Assembly: GCA_016841125.1 (NCBI GenBank) | Contig: JAENZU010000001.1 | Location: 1 to 30,739, forward strand | DNA: 30,739 nt | Direction of reading: 5' to 3' | Origin: Melioribacter sp. | GTDB lineage: Bacteria > Bacteroidota > Ignavibacteria > Ignavibacteriales > Melioribacteraceae | In this document: one piece after another, positions 18,434-27,426 of the stretch | Layout of the letters: each line of letters opens with the position of its first letter | Numbering within the stretch: the first letter of the stretch is position 1 | Translations under genes and position numbers: made by a program | The notes under the pieces: generated by a model | What the model saw: the letters and a program-made list of their open reading frames with translations, nothing else | What the model was told of the DNA's origin: nothing | The model's database searches: none

Positions 18434-19064
18434 ATTTAATTCCTTTAATTTTGAAATCGTTTAATAAATTTTGGAATCCGGCATATTGCACAGCATCCCA
18501 TCCTACTTTCTTTGCACCTTCAACATATTCTGCAATATCATCAATAAAGAAATGTTCTTCGGGCCTGCGTTTAGTGTAATCCATTACAGCCTGGTATATT
18601 TGGGCTTCGGGTTTTACTGCTCCAACTTCGTGTGAAAGAATGAGCTTTTCAAAATTTTGAAGAAAACCATATTTTCCCCAACCATATTTTCTGTGAATGT
18701 CATTGGTGTTTGAAAGCAATACCAACCTGTAATTCTCTTTTAATTTGGGCAGAAGGCCAGAAAGCTGACTGTTCTCTTCAAAAATATTTGAGTATATATT
18801 GCAAAACTCCTCTTTTGTAACTTTGTGTTCAAGCCAATCGAGTATGATATCCAGAAACTCGTCATTAGTCAATTCCCATTTTTCGTATTTCCGGTGGATA
18901 TCATAATTATCTTTATATTTTTTATAGAATTTCTTGCCGAGACCTTCTTCAACATTTTGAAGTTTGTCAATTATTATATCATAGTCAAACGGTATTAGTA
19001 CATTGCCCAGATCAAAAACAATTACAACCGGGGGTAAACTCATCAGCACTCCAAATTTATTCAA
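18426..19064 (-). CDS. HAD-superfamily (subfamily IA, YihX-like) phosphatase
   Basis: VFDLGNVL, LLSNTN, VKPEAQIY, FIDD motifs. Confidence 0.9.
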   Translation of the reverse strand: MNKFGVLMSLPPVVIVFDLGNVLIPFDYDIIIDKLQNVEEGLGKKFYKKYKDNYDIHRKYEKWELTNDEFLDIILDWLEHKVTKEEFCNIYSNIFEENSQLSGLLPKLKENYRLVLLSNTNDIHRKYGWGKYGFLQNFEKLILSHEVGAVKPEAQIYQAVMDYTKRRPEEHFFIDDIAEYVEGAKKVGWDAVQYAGFQNLLNDFKIKGIKYE

Positions 19065-20361
19065 TGATTTCGTAAATCAATTTATTACGTTTCACTTTTT
19101 TAGAGGTAATCTTAAATGCATTACATAACTTAGTGGAAATCTCGTTTATTTTATTTTTTCTATCTGTAAATATTGAAGCAACTTTATCTCCCTTATTTAC
19201 ATTATCGCCAATTTTTTTGTGAACTACTATTCCGGCTTTTGGATCTATCTTATCTTCCATAGTTAATCTGCCGGCACCTAATTCGGAAGCACAGACTCCG
19301 ACACGATATGTATCAACTTCAGAAAGGAATCCTGTTTCTTCGGCAATTATATCATTACTAAATTTACTCTTGGGGTAAGCTTCGGGATTTTTAATAAATG
19401 CAACATCTCCGCCGTGTGCTTTAACCAGTTTTACAAATATATCGAATGCCTTTCCAGACTTAATTAACTCTTTCGATTTTTCAATTCCTTCATCAAGTGA
19501 GTCAGCCTTTCCACCCATAAAAATCATTGCCCCTGATAAATTCAAACTAAGTTCCAAAAGATCATGTACATTTTCACCTTGCAGAATTTTTATGGATTCA
19601 TAAACTTCGAACCAGTTGCCTACAAAATTACCTAACGGCTGATTCATATCGGTAATAAAAGTAATGACTTTTTTATTGAATGATTTGGCTGTGTTGTTTA
19701 ATGAGAGTGCTAATTCCCGTGATCTTTTTAATGTCTGCATAAATGCGCCATTTCCGGTTTTCACATCGAATACAAGAGCATCTGTACCCTCGGCTAATTT
19801 CTTGCTCATGATGCTGCCGGTAATAAAGGGGATTGACTCAACTGTTGCGGTTACATCTCTGAGTGCATAAATTATTTTATCGGCTGGAGCGATCTCTTTT
19901 GTTTGTCCAATTAAGGATACCCCATGTTTTTGTAAAACAGTTTTAAATCTTTGTATATTTAAATCCGTTCGGAAACCGGGTATTGACTCTAATTTATCAA
20001 GCGTGCCTCCGGTATGTCCGAGTCCTCTTCCGGAAATCATCGGAACTACCACGCCCGCTGCAGCAGCAATGGGCGCAATTATTAAAGATGTTTTATCGCC
20101 AACTCCGCCTGTTGAATGTTTATCTACTTTAATACCTATTATTTGAGAAAGGTCCAATACTTTTCCGCTGTGGAGCATTTCAAATGTTAATGCTGCAGTC
20201 TCATCTTTATCAAAACCATTTAAATATCCGGCCATTAAAAAAGCTGAAAACTGGTAATTTGGTATTTTGTTTTTTGTAACTGATTTGATCAGAAAAGAAA
20301 TTTCATCTCTCGTAAGTTTTTCTTTATCGCGCTTTTTACGAATAATTTCTACTGTGTTCAT
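19057..20361 (-). CDS. pdp: Pyrimidine-nucleoside / thymidine phosphorylase
   Basis: DKHSTGGVGDK, SGRGLGHTGGTLDKLESIPG, LRDVTATV, SIMSKKLAEG, DVKTGNGAFM. Confidence 0.95.
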   Translation of the reverse strand: MNTVEIIRKKRDKEKLTRDEISFLIKSVTKNKIPNYQFSAFLMAGYLNGFDKDETAALTFEMLHSGKVLDLSQIIGIKVDKHSTGGVGDKTSLIIAPIAAAAGVVVPMISGRGLGHTGGTLDKLESIPGFRTDLNIQRFKTVLQKHGVSLIGQTKEIAPADKIIYALRDVTATVESIPFITGSIMSKKLAEGTDALVFDVKTGNGAFMQTLKRSRELALSLNNTAKSFNKKVITFITDMNQPLGNFVGNWFEVYESIKILQGENVHDLLELSLNLSGAMIFMGGKADSLDEGIEKSKELIKSGKAFDIFVKLVKAHGGDVAFIKNPEAYPKSKFSNDIIAEETGFLSEVDTYRVGVCASELGAGRLTMEDKIDPKAGIVVHKKIGDNVNKGDKVASIFTDRKNKINEISTKLCNAFKITSKKVKRNKLIYEIIE

Positions 20362-20505
20362 ATAGAAGGGTTTTATTGGATAATTATTTTTTTAAAATAT
20401 ACATAAATGAAAATAATAAAACTTCAAATTTATTGAAATTCAAAGGGTAATTGGATATTATTAAAAATTGAAAAATTTCATTTTACAGTAATTATGAGGC
20501 TAAAT

Positions 20506-21750
20506 ATGTTCGATCCCAAATATCAATTTACTTGTGTTGACAGATTTTTAAAATATGTTAAATACGATACACAATCAGATGAAGAGTCAGAAACATTTCC
20601 GAGTGATCCTAAACAGTTGGAACTTTCTAAAGATCTTGTGAAAGAATTAAAAGAAATTGGTTTGAAAGATGCATATTTAAATGACGATGGATATGTAATC
20701 GCAACACTTCCATCTAATTCGGAAAAAAAAGTTCCTGTAATTGGATTCATCTCGCACGTGGATACCTCACCGGCAGTTACCGGTAAAAATGTTAATCCGG
20801 TCATTCATAAAAATTATCAGGGCGGCGATATTGTATTGCCGAATGGTATAGTGATAGAAGCGAGAAATAATCCTGAATTGGAAGCAATGAATGGATTTGA
20901 CATCATCACTACAGACGGAACTACTTTGCTTGGTGCCGATGACAAAGCAGGTATTGCCGAAATTGTGGATGCAATGAATTATCTAGTTGCTCATCCTGAA
21001 GTTAAACATGGCGATATTAAAATTTGCTTTACCCCCGATGAAGAAGTAGGACGCGGCGCCGAAAAATTTAATGTTGAAGAATTCGGAGCTAAGTATGCCT
21101 ACACTATTGACGGCGGAACACGAGGCGAAGTTGAAACAGAAACATTTAGTGCCGATGCTGTTGTGATCAAGTTTCACGGTATCAACGTTCATCCCGGATA
21201 CGCTAAAGGTAAAATGGTTAACTCGATGAAAGTTGCTGCGAATTTTATTGAATCACTTCCGAAAGATTCTCTTTCTCCCGAAACTACAGAAGGCAGGGAA
21301 GGTTACGTTCACATTGTCTCAATCAATGGAAACGAAGAACTTACAATTTGCAAATTTATCATTCGCGATTTTATCAACGACAAGTTGAAAGAATACGAAC
21401 AGACTCTAAAAGATTTAGTTGATAAAGCAGTTGCCAGATTCCCCGGCGCCAAAGCAGATTTTGAAGTTATTGAGCAATACCGAAATATGAAAAATATTTT
21501 GGACGAGCATCCTCAGGTTGAAGAATTCGCGCTAGAAGCTTTGAGCAGATTAAATATCACCCCAATCCAGTCTGCCATTAGAGGCGGCACGGATGGTTCC
21601 CGTTTAAGTTTTATGGGGCTGCCGACACCTAATCTATTCGCAGGCGGTCATAATTTCCATTCAAATACGGAATATGTTGCTGTACAGGATATGGAAACGG
21701 CAACTAAAATGATTGTAACAATCTGCCAGGTTTGGGAAGAAAAATCTTAA
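20506..21750 (+). CDS. pepT: Peptidase T (M20B tripeptide aminopeptidase)
   Basis: SHVDTS, LLGADDKAG, FTPDEEVG, YTIDGG, RGGTDG, PNLFAGGHNFH. Start placed at ATG 20506 (GAGG upstream); track start is 20494. Confidence 0.96.
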   Translation: MFDPKYQFTCVDRFLKYVKYDTQSDEESETFPSDPKQLELSKDLVKELKEIGLKDAYLNDDGYVIATLPSNSEKKVPVIGFISHVDTSPAVTGKNVNPVIHKNYQGGDIVLPNGIVIEARNNPELEAMNGFDIITTDGTTLLGADDKAGIAEIVDAMNYLVAHPEVKHGDIKICFTPDEEVGRGAEKFNVEEFGAKYAYTIDGGTRGEVETETFSADAVVIKFHGINVHPGYAKGKMVNSMKVAANFIESLPKDSLSPETTEGREGYVHIVSINGNEELTICKFIIRDFINDKLKEYEQTLKDLVDKAVARFPGAKADFEVIEQYRNMKNILDEHPQVEEFALEALSRLNITPIQSAIRGGTDGSRLSFMGLPTPNLFAGGHNFHSNTEYVAVQDMETATKMIVTICQVWEEKS

Positions 21751-21783
21751 TAAGTAAAAATAATTAACACACGTTTAAAATGG

Positions 21784-21818
21784 GAAAAGCCGCAAATCGC
21801 GGCTTTTCTTTTTTTTTT
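21784..21818 (+). terminator. Intrinsic terminator after pepT, possibly bidirectional
   Basis: GAAAAGCCGC-AAATC-GCGGCTTTTC followed by 10 T; lies between two convergent genes. Confidence 0.88.
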
Positions 21819-21830
21819 GGCAATGAAAAA

Positions 21831-22256
21831 TTATTGACCTGCAAATGTTCCTGCTTTTTCAAGAGCATATTGGTTTACTATCGCTTCAGCTAATCTTCTC
21901 ACTTTCGGGTTTGTATCTGTTTCCGATAACTCTTTTACTTTATAGATCCCATTTTCTTTCCCTATTTTGTAAAGTGTAACAGATATCAAATATTTCATTT
22001 CGGCATTGTCTTCATTTTCTAACTCTTTCATTAAGGTTTCAACAAGAGCTTCCAATTGATATTTGCCGGCAAAGTAGATAGCACTTTTTCTTAATCCGGG
22101 ATTTTCTGATTCTATTGCCATCCTTAAATTCGCTACTCCGTTTTTACCGAAGCTCAATTCTGCATTTCTGTTCTGCGCGAATATTGCTGTGCTCATTAAT
22201 ACTAAAACTGTTAATGTTGTAAAAACTTTTTTCATGTTGGTAACTGCTGCTTTCAT
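21831..22256 (-). CDS. Small exported HEAT-repeat-like protein (paralog A)
   Basis: GGAGG SD, signal peptide ending AIFAQ, helical repeats ENPGLRKSAIYFAGKY, LYKIG, DTNPKVRRLA. Confidence 0.8.
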   Translation of the reverse strand: MKAAVTNMKKVFTTLTVLVLMSTAIFAQNRNAELSFGKNGVANLRMAIESENPGLRKSAIYFAGKYQLEALVETLMKELENEDNAEMKYLISVTLYKIGKENGIYKVKELSETDTNPKVRRLAEAIVNQYALEKAGTFAGQ

Positions 22257-22324
22257 TGTATCCTCCGTGTTAAATAATTTTTTGCTTTTTCTGTATCTTA
22301 AGACGGAAAGGTTCGCAGCAGAGT

Positions 22325-22360
22325 TGTCAAAGTAAGGTAATCAATTGTCACGGATTGTCA
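22325..22360 (-). promoter_or_regulatory. Four-half-site direct-repeat operator, copy A
   Basis: + strand TGTCA 22325, GGTAA 22336, TGTCA 22346, TGTCA 22356 (spacing 11/10/10). Confidence 0.7.
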
Positions 22361-22568
22361 TTTAAACTTTTAGGGAACAAACTAATGTTTAGTAATTTAT
22401 ACATTCTATCAAATTAACTATACAATTTGTATTTTTTGTTGAGTCTAAAACACCTAAATCAAAGTGAATCCGCAGTATTATCTGTGGCATGTTATTGGTA
22501 TTATTTCAGCAATTAAATAAAAATGATTAAATTTGAATATTCAATAAACTTCAATTTAGGAGAACAAA

Positions 22569-23183
22569 ATGAGGTATTTACAGTTATTAAAAGTATTTTC
22601 AGCATTGATAATAGCAGCTCTATTGGCAGCAGGGTGCAGTTCGGGAAGACAGGTAAGCAGAATAGATACAAAAGAAATAGTTGATCTAAGCGGCAAGTGG
22701 AATGATACTGATGCACGCCTGGTTGCCGAAGAAATGGTGAACGATGTTCTCACACGCCCCTGGTTAACCGAATATTTAACAACCGAAGGAAAGAAGCCGG
22801 TTGTAATTGTAGGTAAGATAAGAAATAAAAGTAGCGAACATATTGCGGTTGACGTATTTGCAAATGATATTGAGAGAGAATTACTCAATTCCGGTAAAGT
22901 TACATTTGTAGCATCTCAAGATGCGCGGGAAGAAGTTAGAGAAGAAAGAAAAGATCAGCAGGATTTTGCATCTGCCGAAACTTTCAAAAAATTCTACCGG
23001 GAAATTGGAGCAGATTTTTTGATGACCGGTGTAATTAACAGTGTGCAGGATACTTACGAAGGTGAACAGGTTACCTATTATCAAGTCGATCTAGAACTTA
23101 TTAATATTGAAGATAATACTAAAGCGTGGATCGGAACTAAGAAGATCAAAAAATATATTGGGCAGGATGGTTATAAATTATAA
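22569..23183 (+). CDS. LpoB-like / CsgG-fold lipoprotein
   Basis: GGAG SD, lipobox LAAG-C, DLSGKWNDTD, IRNKSSEHI, GADFLMTGVI, YYQVDLELI. Confidence 0.8.
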   Translation: MRYLQLLKVFSALIIAALLAAGCSSGRQVSRIDTKEIVDLSGKWNDTDARLVAEEMVNDVLTRPWLTEYLTTEGKKPVVIVGKIRNKSSEHIAVDVFANDIERELLNSGKVTFVASQDAREEVREERKDQQDFASAETFKKFYREIGADFLMTGVINSVQDTYEGEQVTYYQVDLELINIEDNTKAWIGTKKIKKYIGQDGYKL

Positions 23184-23231
23184 TTAATTTTTGATTTAGT
23201 GCATTTTTATTTGATAGGATAAATACGATCT

Positions 23232-24605
23232 ATGCGCCGGCTTAAATTTTCAATAACGGTAACTTTATTAATATTATTCGGTTTTGGGTGTTCGTCAATC
23301 AGGACAAACACCCAATTTTACGAACCGATTTTAACCGATCTTAAAAAGGGGGATTTTCAGAAAGCTGCCGCCGAAATTAATGAAGCTGAAGTTGATGGAG
23401 AATATGCTGATAAAGATAGAGTTCTGCTGCATCTCGACAAAGGCATCATCCACTACTACAACGGGAATTACAGGCTGGCAATTGATGAATTGACCGCCGC
23501 TGAAAATACGATTGATGAACTCTACACTAAAAGCATTTCCAAAGCCGCCGCTTCAATTTTGCTTAACGATAATGCATTAGCATACGATGGCAATGTTTAT
23601 GAAGATCTGTACATAAATGTTTTCAAAGCCATTTGTTTTCTAAGATTAAATAATTTTGATGACGCCTACGTTGAGATTAAAAAGATTACAGACAAGCTTA
23701 AAGAGTTTGATGTTTATTATGAAGAATATGTGCAGAGCCTGAATGTTGCTGAAGACGCAAAGTTTAAAATTGATCCTAAAAAATTAGATTACTACAATAA
23801 TGTTCTCGCTAATTATATTTCACATTTAATATTTAGAGCAGAAGGAGATTACGACGACAGCCGAATTTCTTTGGAACAATTAAACGATGCTTGGGATACT
23901 TACTCTGATGTTTACGATTATTCCAAACCTTCTGCAGTAACAGAGACCGGATCTGAGCGCGGAACATTCTTGAATGTATTGGCATTTGCGGGTCCGGCGC
24001 CAATTAAAAAATCAATTGGTGCAAGAATTACAACTTTCAATGATTTTATTGTTATCTCCGATCCAACTGAGTATCACATTCAGCCTATTCCGATTCCGGG
24101 TATAAAATCGGGATGGAATTTTAAATTCGCTTTCCCCGAAATAGTTGAAGAGGGAACTGAAGTCTACGATATTGAAGTTTGGGTTGACAGCACACACATC
24201 GGTAATTTAGAACTGCTGGAAAATATGTGCAACGTTGCCGAGAAAACTTTTCAATCTGAAAAAAATGTAATTTTCTTTAAAACGATAATGCGCGCATTGG
24301 CAAAGGGCATTGCATCATCGGCTCTGGGAAGGACAGTTAAAAAAGAAGCAGGCGGAGGATTTCTCGGTGATCTCGCGGCACTAGCAACAAATATCGCCGT
24401 TGATTTAACAGAAAATGCAGACCTTCGTTCGTGGCGGACAATGCCGGGTTACAGTTTTACCGCTGAATTCGAAATTGAGCCAGGAGTTCATGATATCGAA
24501 ATTAGATTTGTTGATATGAACAGAAAGTTATTGGCTAAACGTAAATACGATAATTATAAAGTGAATAAAAAGCTTAATCTGCTGGATGCCGTTTATTTGA
24601 ATTGA
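23232..24605 (+). CDS. COG3014-family lipoprotein (TPR-like N-terminus)
   Basis: Lipoprotein-like signal (FGFG-C), LLHLDKG, YDGNVYE, ADLRSWRTMP family-type motif. Confidence 0.75.
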   Translation: MRRLKFSITVTLLILFGFGCSSIRTNTQFYEPILTDLKKGDFQKAAAEINEAEVDGEYADKDRVLLHLDKGIIHYYNGNYRLAIDELTAAENTIDELYTKSISKAAASILLNDNALAYDGNVYEDLYINVFKAICFLRLNNFDDAYVEIKKITDKLKEFDVYYEEYVQSLNVAEDAKFKIDPKKLDYYNNVLANYISHLIFRAEGDYDDSRISLEQLNDAWDTYSDVYDYSKPSAVTETGSERGTFLNVLAFAGPAPIKKSIGARITTFNDFIVISDPTEYHIQPIPIPGIKSGWNFKFAFPEIVEEGTEVYDIEVWVDSTHIGNLELLENMCNVAEKTFQSEKNVIFFKTIMRALAKGIASSALGRTVKKEAGGGFLGDLAALATNIAVDLTENADLRSWRTMPGYSFTAEFEIEPGVHDIEIRFVDMNRKLLAKRKYDNYKVNKKLNLLDAVYLN

Positions 24606-25408
24606 CTTCTCAACGCAATTATTTTCTTCATAAAATTTTGAATTTTTGTTTTGTCCAACTCATTGCTCCACATACCTTTTTTCTTAAAATAGGAACCTAT
24701 AATAAATGCATCGGCGCTGAGAATATATTTTTCGATGTTGTCTATTGTAATTCCAGAACCGATTAAAACAGGTACCTTCACTTTTTCTTTTACCCGATTA
24801 ACCTCTTCGGGATCAGCGGCGCTGCCGGTTTTGGACCCGGTAATAATTAAACCATCGCTTAAAAAAAACTCTGCAGCCTCGGCGGTTTCAACAAGTGTAA
24901 CATCAGCGGTTAGCTGATGAGAGCTATGTTTCTTTTTAATATCCGTAAAAATCATAATGTTTTCGGCATCAATCTGTTTTCTGTAGCGGAGCAGTTCGCC
25001 TGCATCGGAGTTCATTAAACCTTCATCTGCAATGTGAGAAAAAACAAAACCTTCCGCGCGAATAAAATTGAGACCCGCAGCATTAGAGGCAGCAAGAGCC
25101 TCCTTGTTAGCTCCGGCTAAGATCTGCATTCCGCAAGGCAGTCCGGTTTTCATTCTCAACTCATAACCGATAATGCCCATTGCTGCTGTAATTTCTGGAC
25201 CTGCAGTTCTATTCAAATAGGGGACATCGTGCATATTCTCTAAAATAATTGCATCTACTCCTCCACTCCTGTATATCAAAGCTTCCTCAATCGCTTTATC
25301 AATCACATCTCCAAACTTTCCTCTATATTTTGGTGTGCCGGGAAGGGCATGAACGTGGATCATTCCGATGACTGCTTTTGGGGGAAATATTTTTTTGAAT
25401 TTTTTCAT
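24593..25408 (-). CDS. BtpA/SgcQ-family protein
   Basis: IGMIHVHALPGTP, ENMHDVPY, FIRAEGFVF, DIKKKHS, GLIITGSKTG, VLIGSGIT, IIGSYFK. Confidence 0.92.
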   Translation of the reverse strand: MKKFKKIFPPKAVIGMIHVHALPGTPKYRGKFGDVIDKAIEEALIYRSGGVDAIILENMHDVPYLNRTAGPEITAAMGIIGYELRMKTGLPCGMQILAGANKEALAASNAAGLNFIRAEGFVFSHIADEGLMNSDAGELLRYRKQIDAENIMIFTDIKKKHSSHQLTADVTLVETAEAAEFFLSDGLIITGSKTGSAADPEEVNRVKEKVKVPVLIGSGITIDNIEKYILSADAFIIGSYFKKKGMWSNELDKTKIQNFMKKIIALRSQFK

Positions 25409-25461
25409 ATTCTATTACTCAATTAAATATATTGATGAAGTGAAAAATAACAATTTCGGTT

Positions 25462-26271
25462 TTGCAATTGAAATCAATTTATAAATTTCTTGTTGTAATA
25501 AGTATATTTATCTGCAATACTCCGGCGCAGGATACTCTGATCTTCAAACAAAATTATATCCCATATCCTGATACGACTTTAATTTTTTCGCCCACCTCAA
25601 CCGGGGAAGAAATGCCGTTGATGATACTTCTTCATGGATGGAGCGGAACCTATGCGCAATGGAATTCGATAATAGATCTTAATAGTGCTGCAGAGGAGTA
25701 TGGATTTTTAATTGTTTGTCCGGATGGATTTTACGACTCCTATTATGTTGATAGTCCCGTAAACCCAAATGTGCAATTCGAAAAGTTTTTTTGGAGTGAT
25801 CTGATTCCTAAATTACTTGAAGATTTTAATGTTGATAGAGAAAATATTTTTATCAGCGGCTTGAGTATGGGCGGGCATGGTGCAATTTCTTTATTTTTGA
25901 AACAACCCGATTTCTTTAAAGCTGCAGGCAGTACAAGCGGTGTATTAAATTTATCGGACTTTCCGAACCGCCCTTCAATAAAGGTTTCGCATGGTGATTT
26001 TAATAAGTATTATGTTTCGTGGCGGAAGAATTCATCCTATTACCTTTTGGATAATTTTACAGAGAAAAGTAAGTGGATGATTATCGATTGCGGAACCGAT
26101 GATTTTTTCTATAAGTGCAATATCGAATTTTATGAGAAATGTAAAAAATTAAATTTAAATGTGAAGTTTATTTCTCAGGCGGGAAATCATAGTAGAGGGT
26201 ACTGGAGTAATTCTATCTGGAATCATTTTAATTTCTTTAAAACATTAATCGAAGAAAATATCCCAAATTGA
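25462..26271 (+). CDS. Exported alpha/beta-hydrolase esterase (tributyrin-esterase/FrmB-like)
   Basis: Signal peptide, LLHGWSG, nucleophile elbow GLSMGG, DCGTDD, GNHSRGYW; TTG start. Confidence 0.85.
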   Translation: MQLKSIYKFLVVISIFICNTPAQDTLIFKQNYIPYPDTTLIFSPTSTGEEMPLMILLHGWSGTYAQWNSIIDLNSAAEEYGFLIVCPDGFYDSYYVDSPVNPNVQFEKFFWSDLIPKLLEDFNVDRENIFISGLSMGGHGAISLFLKQPDFFKAAGSTSGVLNLSDFPNRPSIKVSHGDFNKYYVSWRKNSSYYLLDNFTEKSKWMIIDCGTDDFFYKCNIEFYEKCKKLNLNVKFISQAGNHSRGYWSNSIWNHFNFFKTLIEENIPN

Positions 26272-27315
26272 TTTTTTTGCCGGGTTCTTTTTTTGTTCCT
26301 TCCAAAACTCAATGTATTTGTCTTTTGTTGTAATCCCGATAGGACCTTCGTAAATACCGCCGTCGAGATAGTCGTCATAAACCCGCACAGCTAATACGTT
26401 ATTTCCGTTTTTATTGATAAGATTTGAAGGAATGTAATAACCGCGAAACTGGAAATATTCATCCGTAACATTGTGGATAGTTGGTGTAATTAGAAAATCT
26501 CCGGTGGATCCGATTAAGTGTCCATTAAAATAAACTTGATCAATGTCGTCTATTTTCCCCAGCACAAGAACTAAATTTTTTGATGCAAGGTTTTGGGGAA
26601 GATTGAAACTTTTCCGGTACCACGCGAAGCCGTCATAATTTTCAAATCCCTGATATTCCCATTTCATAGGAACACCAATATCTTGCCAGCCGCTGTCGGT
26701 CAAATCAGGCTTTGCCCAATCTAAATTATCTCCGGTTTTGAATCTCCATATACCCTCAAGGTGAAGAGCAATATCAATTGTGGTTTTCGGATCGGGAGTG
26801 TAGAGACCAATTCCTCCGGATATAATACCGCCGCTTAATTCTGCATCGTAAATTCTAACCGCAATTACATTCCAGCCATTTGAATTGAAATAATCTTTCG
26901 GTACAAAATAACGGCGGTAGGCATTGTAGGCTGTTTTGTAATCCGGCGGGAAAGTTCCGGAGCCGCCAATCATTTTCCCGTTGAAATAAACCTGATCAAC
27001 ATCATCAATGTAACCAAGATCCAAATAAATGTTTTCGTATTTGTTCTGATCGCGGAATTCAAATTTTTTGCGGTACCATGCGAAACCGTTATAACCGTGA
27101 AAACCTTCATCCTCCCATGCGGAGGGGACTCTAACTTTTTCCCAGCTGGAATCGTTGTAATAAGTCTCAGACCATTGTTTATCGTCGCCGATGGTGAATT
27201 TCCACGCACCCTTTAAACTCTCTATTTTTCTCCAATCTTGAGCATTATTTACAGAAATAAAGAGGAGTGGAACTACCGAAAAGTATAACAATAATTTATT
27301 TGAGAAGATTTTCAT
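26245..27315 (-). CDS. Exported protein with two tandem beta-galactosidase-type jelly-roll sugar-binding domains
   Basis: Signal peptide ending NNAQ. Internal repeat L.G.W.F..GD...W...VP..WE..G...Y.GFAWYRK.F...LG.IDD.DQVYFNG..IG..G...N..AVR.YD....GGI..G occurs twice. No catalytic barrel. Confidence 0.85.
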   Translation of the reverse strand: MKIFSNKLLLYFSVVPLLFISVNNAQDWRKIESLKGAWKFTIGDDKQWSETYYNDSSWEKVRVPSAWEDEGFHGYNGFAWYRKKFEFRDQNKYENIYLDLGYIDDVDQVYFNGKMIGGSGTFPPDYKTAYNAYRRYFVPKDYFNSNGWNVIAVRIYDAELSGGIISGGIGLYTPDPKTTIDIALHLEGIWRFKTGDNLDWAKPDLTDSGWQDIGVPMKWEYQGFENYDGFAWYRKSFNLPQNLASKNLVLVLGKIDDIDQVYFNGHLIGSTGDFLITPTIHNVTDEYFQFRGYYIPSNLINKNGNNVLAVRVYDDYLDGGIYEGPIGITTKDKYIEFWKEQKKNPAKKSIWDIFFD

Positions 27316-27369
27316 GTTTTTAAGATTACTTTTAGAAGATTAAATAATAATAAATCGTCAATATTTTTT

Positions 27370-27405
27370 AGTCAGTTTGGTGTAAATAATTGTCATTAAT
27401 TGTCA
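27370..27405 (-). promoter_or_regulatory. Four-half-site direct-repeat operator, copy C
   Basis: AGTCA 27370, TGTAA 27381, TGTCA 27391, TGTCA 27401 (11/10/10); includes a perfect tandem AATTGTCATT x2. Confidence 0.7.
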
Positions 27406-27426
27406 TTAAATAGGACATGACGGTTA

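Noticed and set aside
27388-27407. Tandem 10-mer AATTGTCATT as a CRISPR or VNTR remnant
   Set aside because: Only two short units with no spacers; better explained as part of the operator array.
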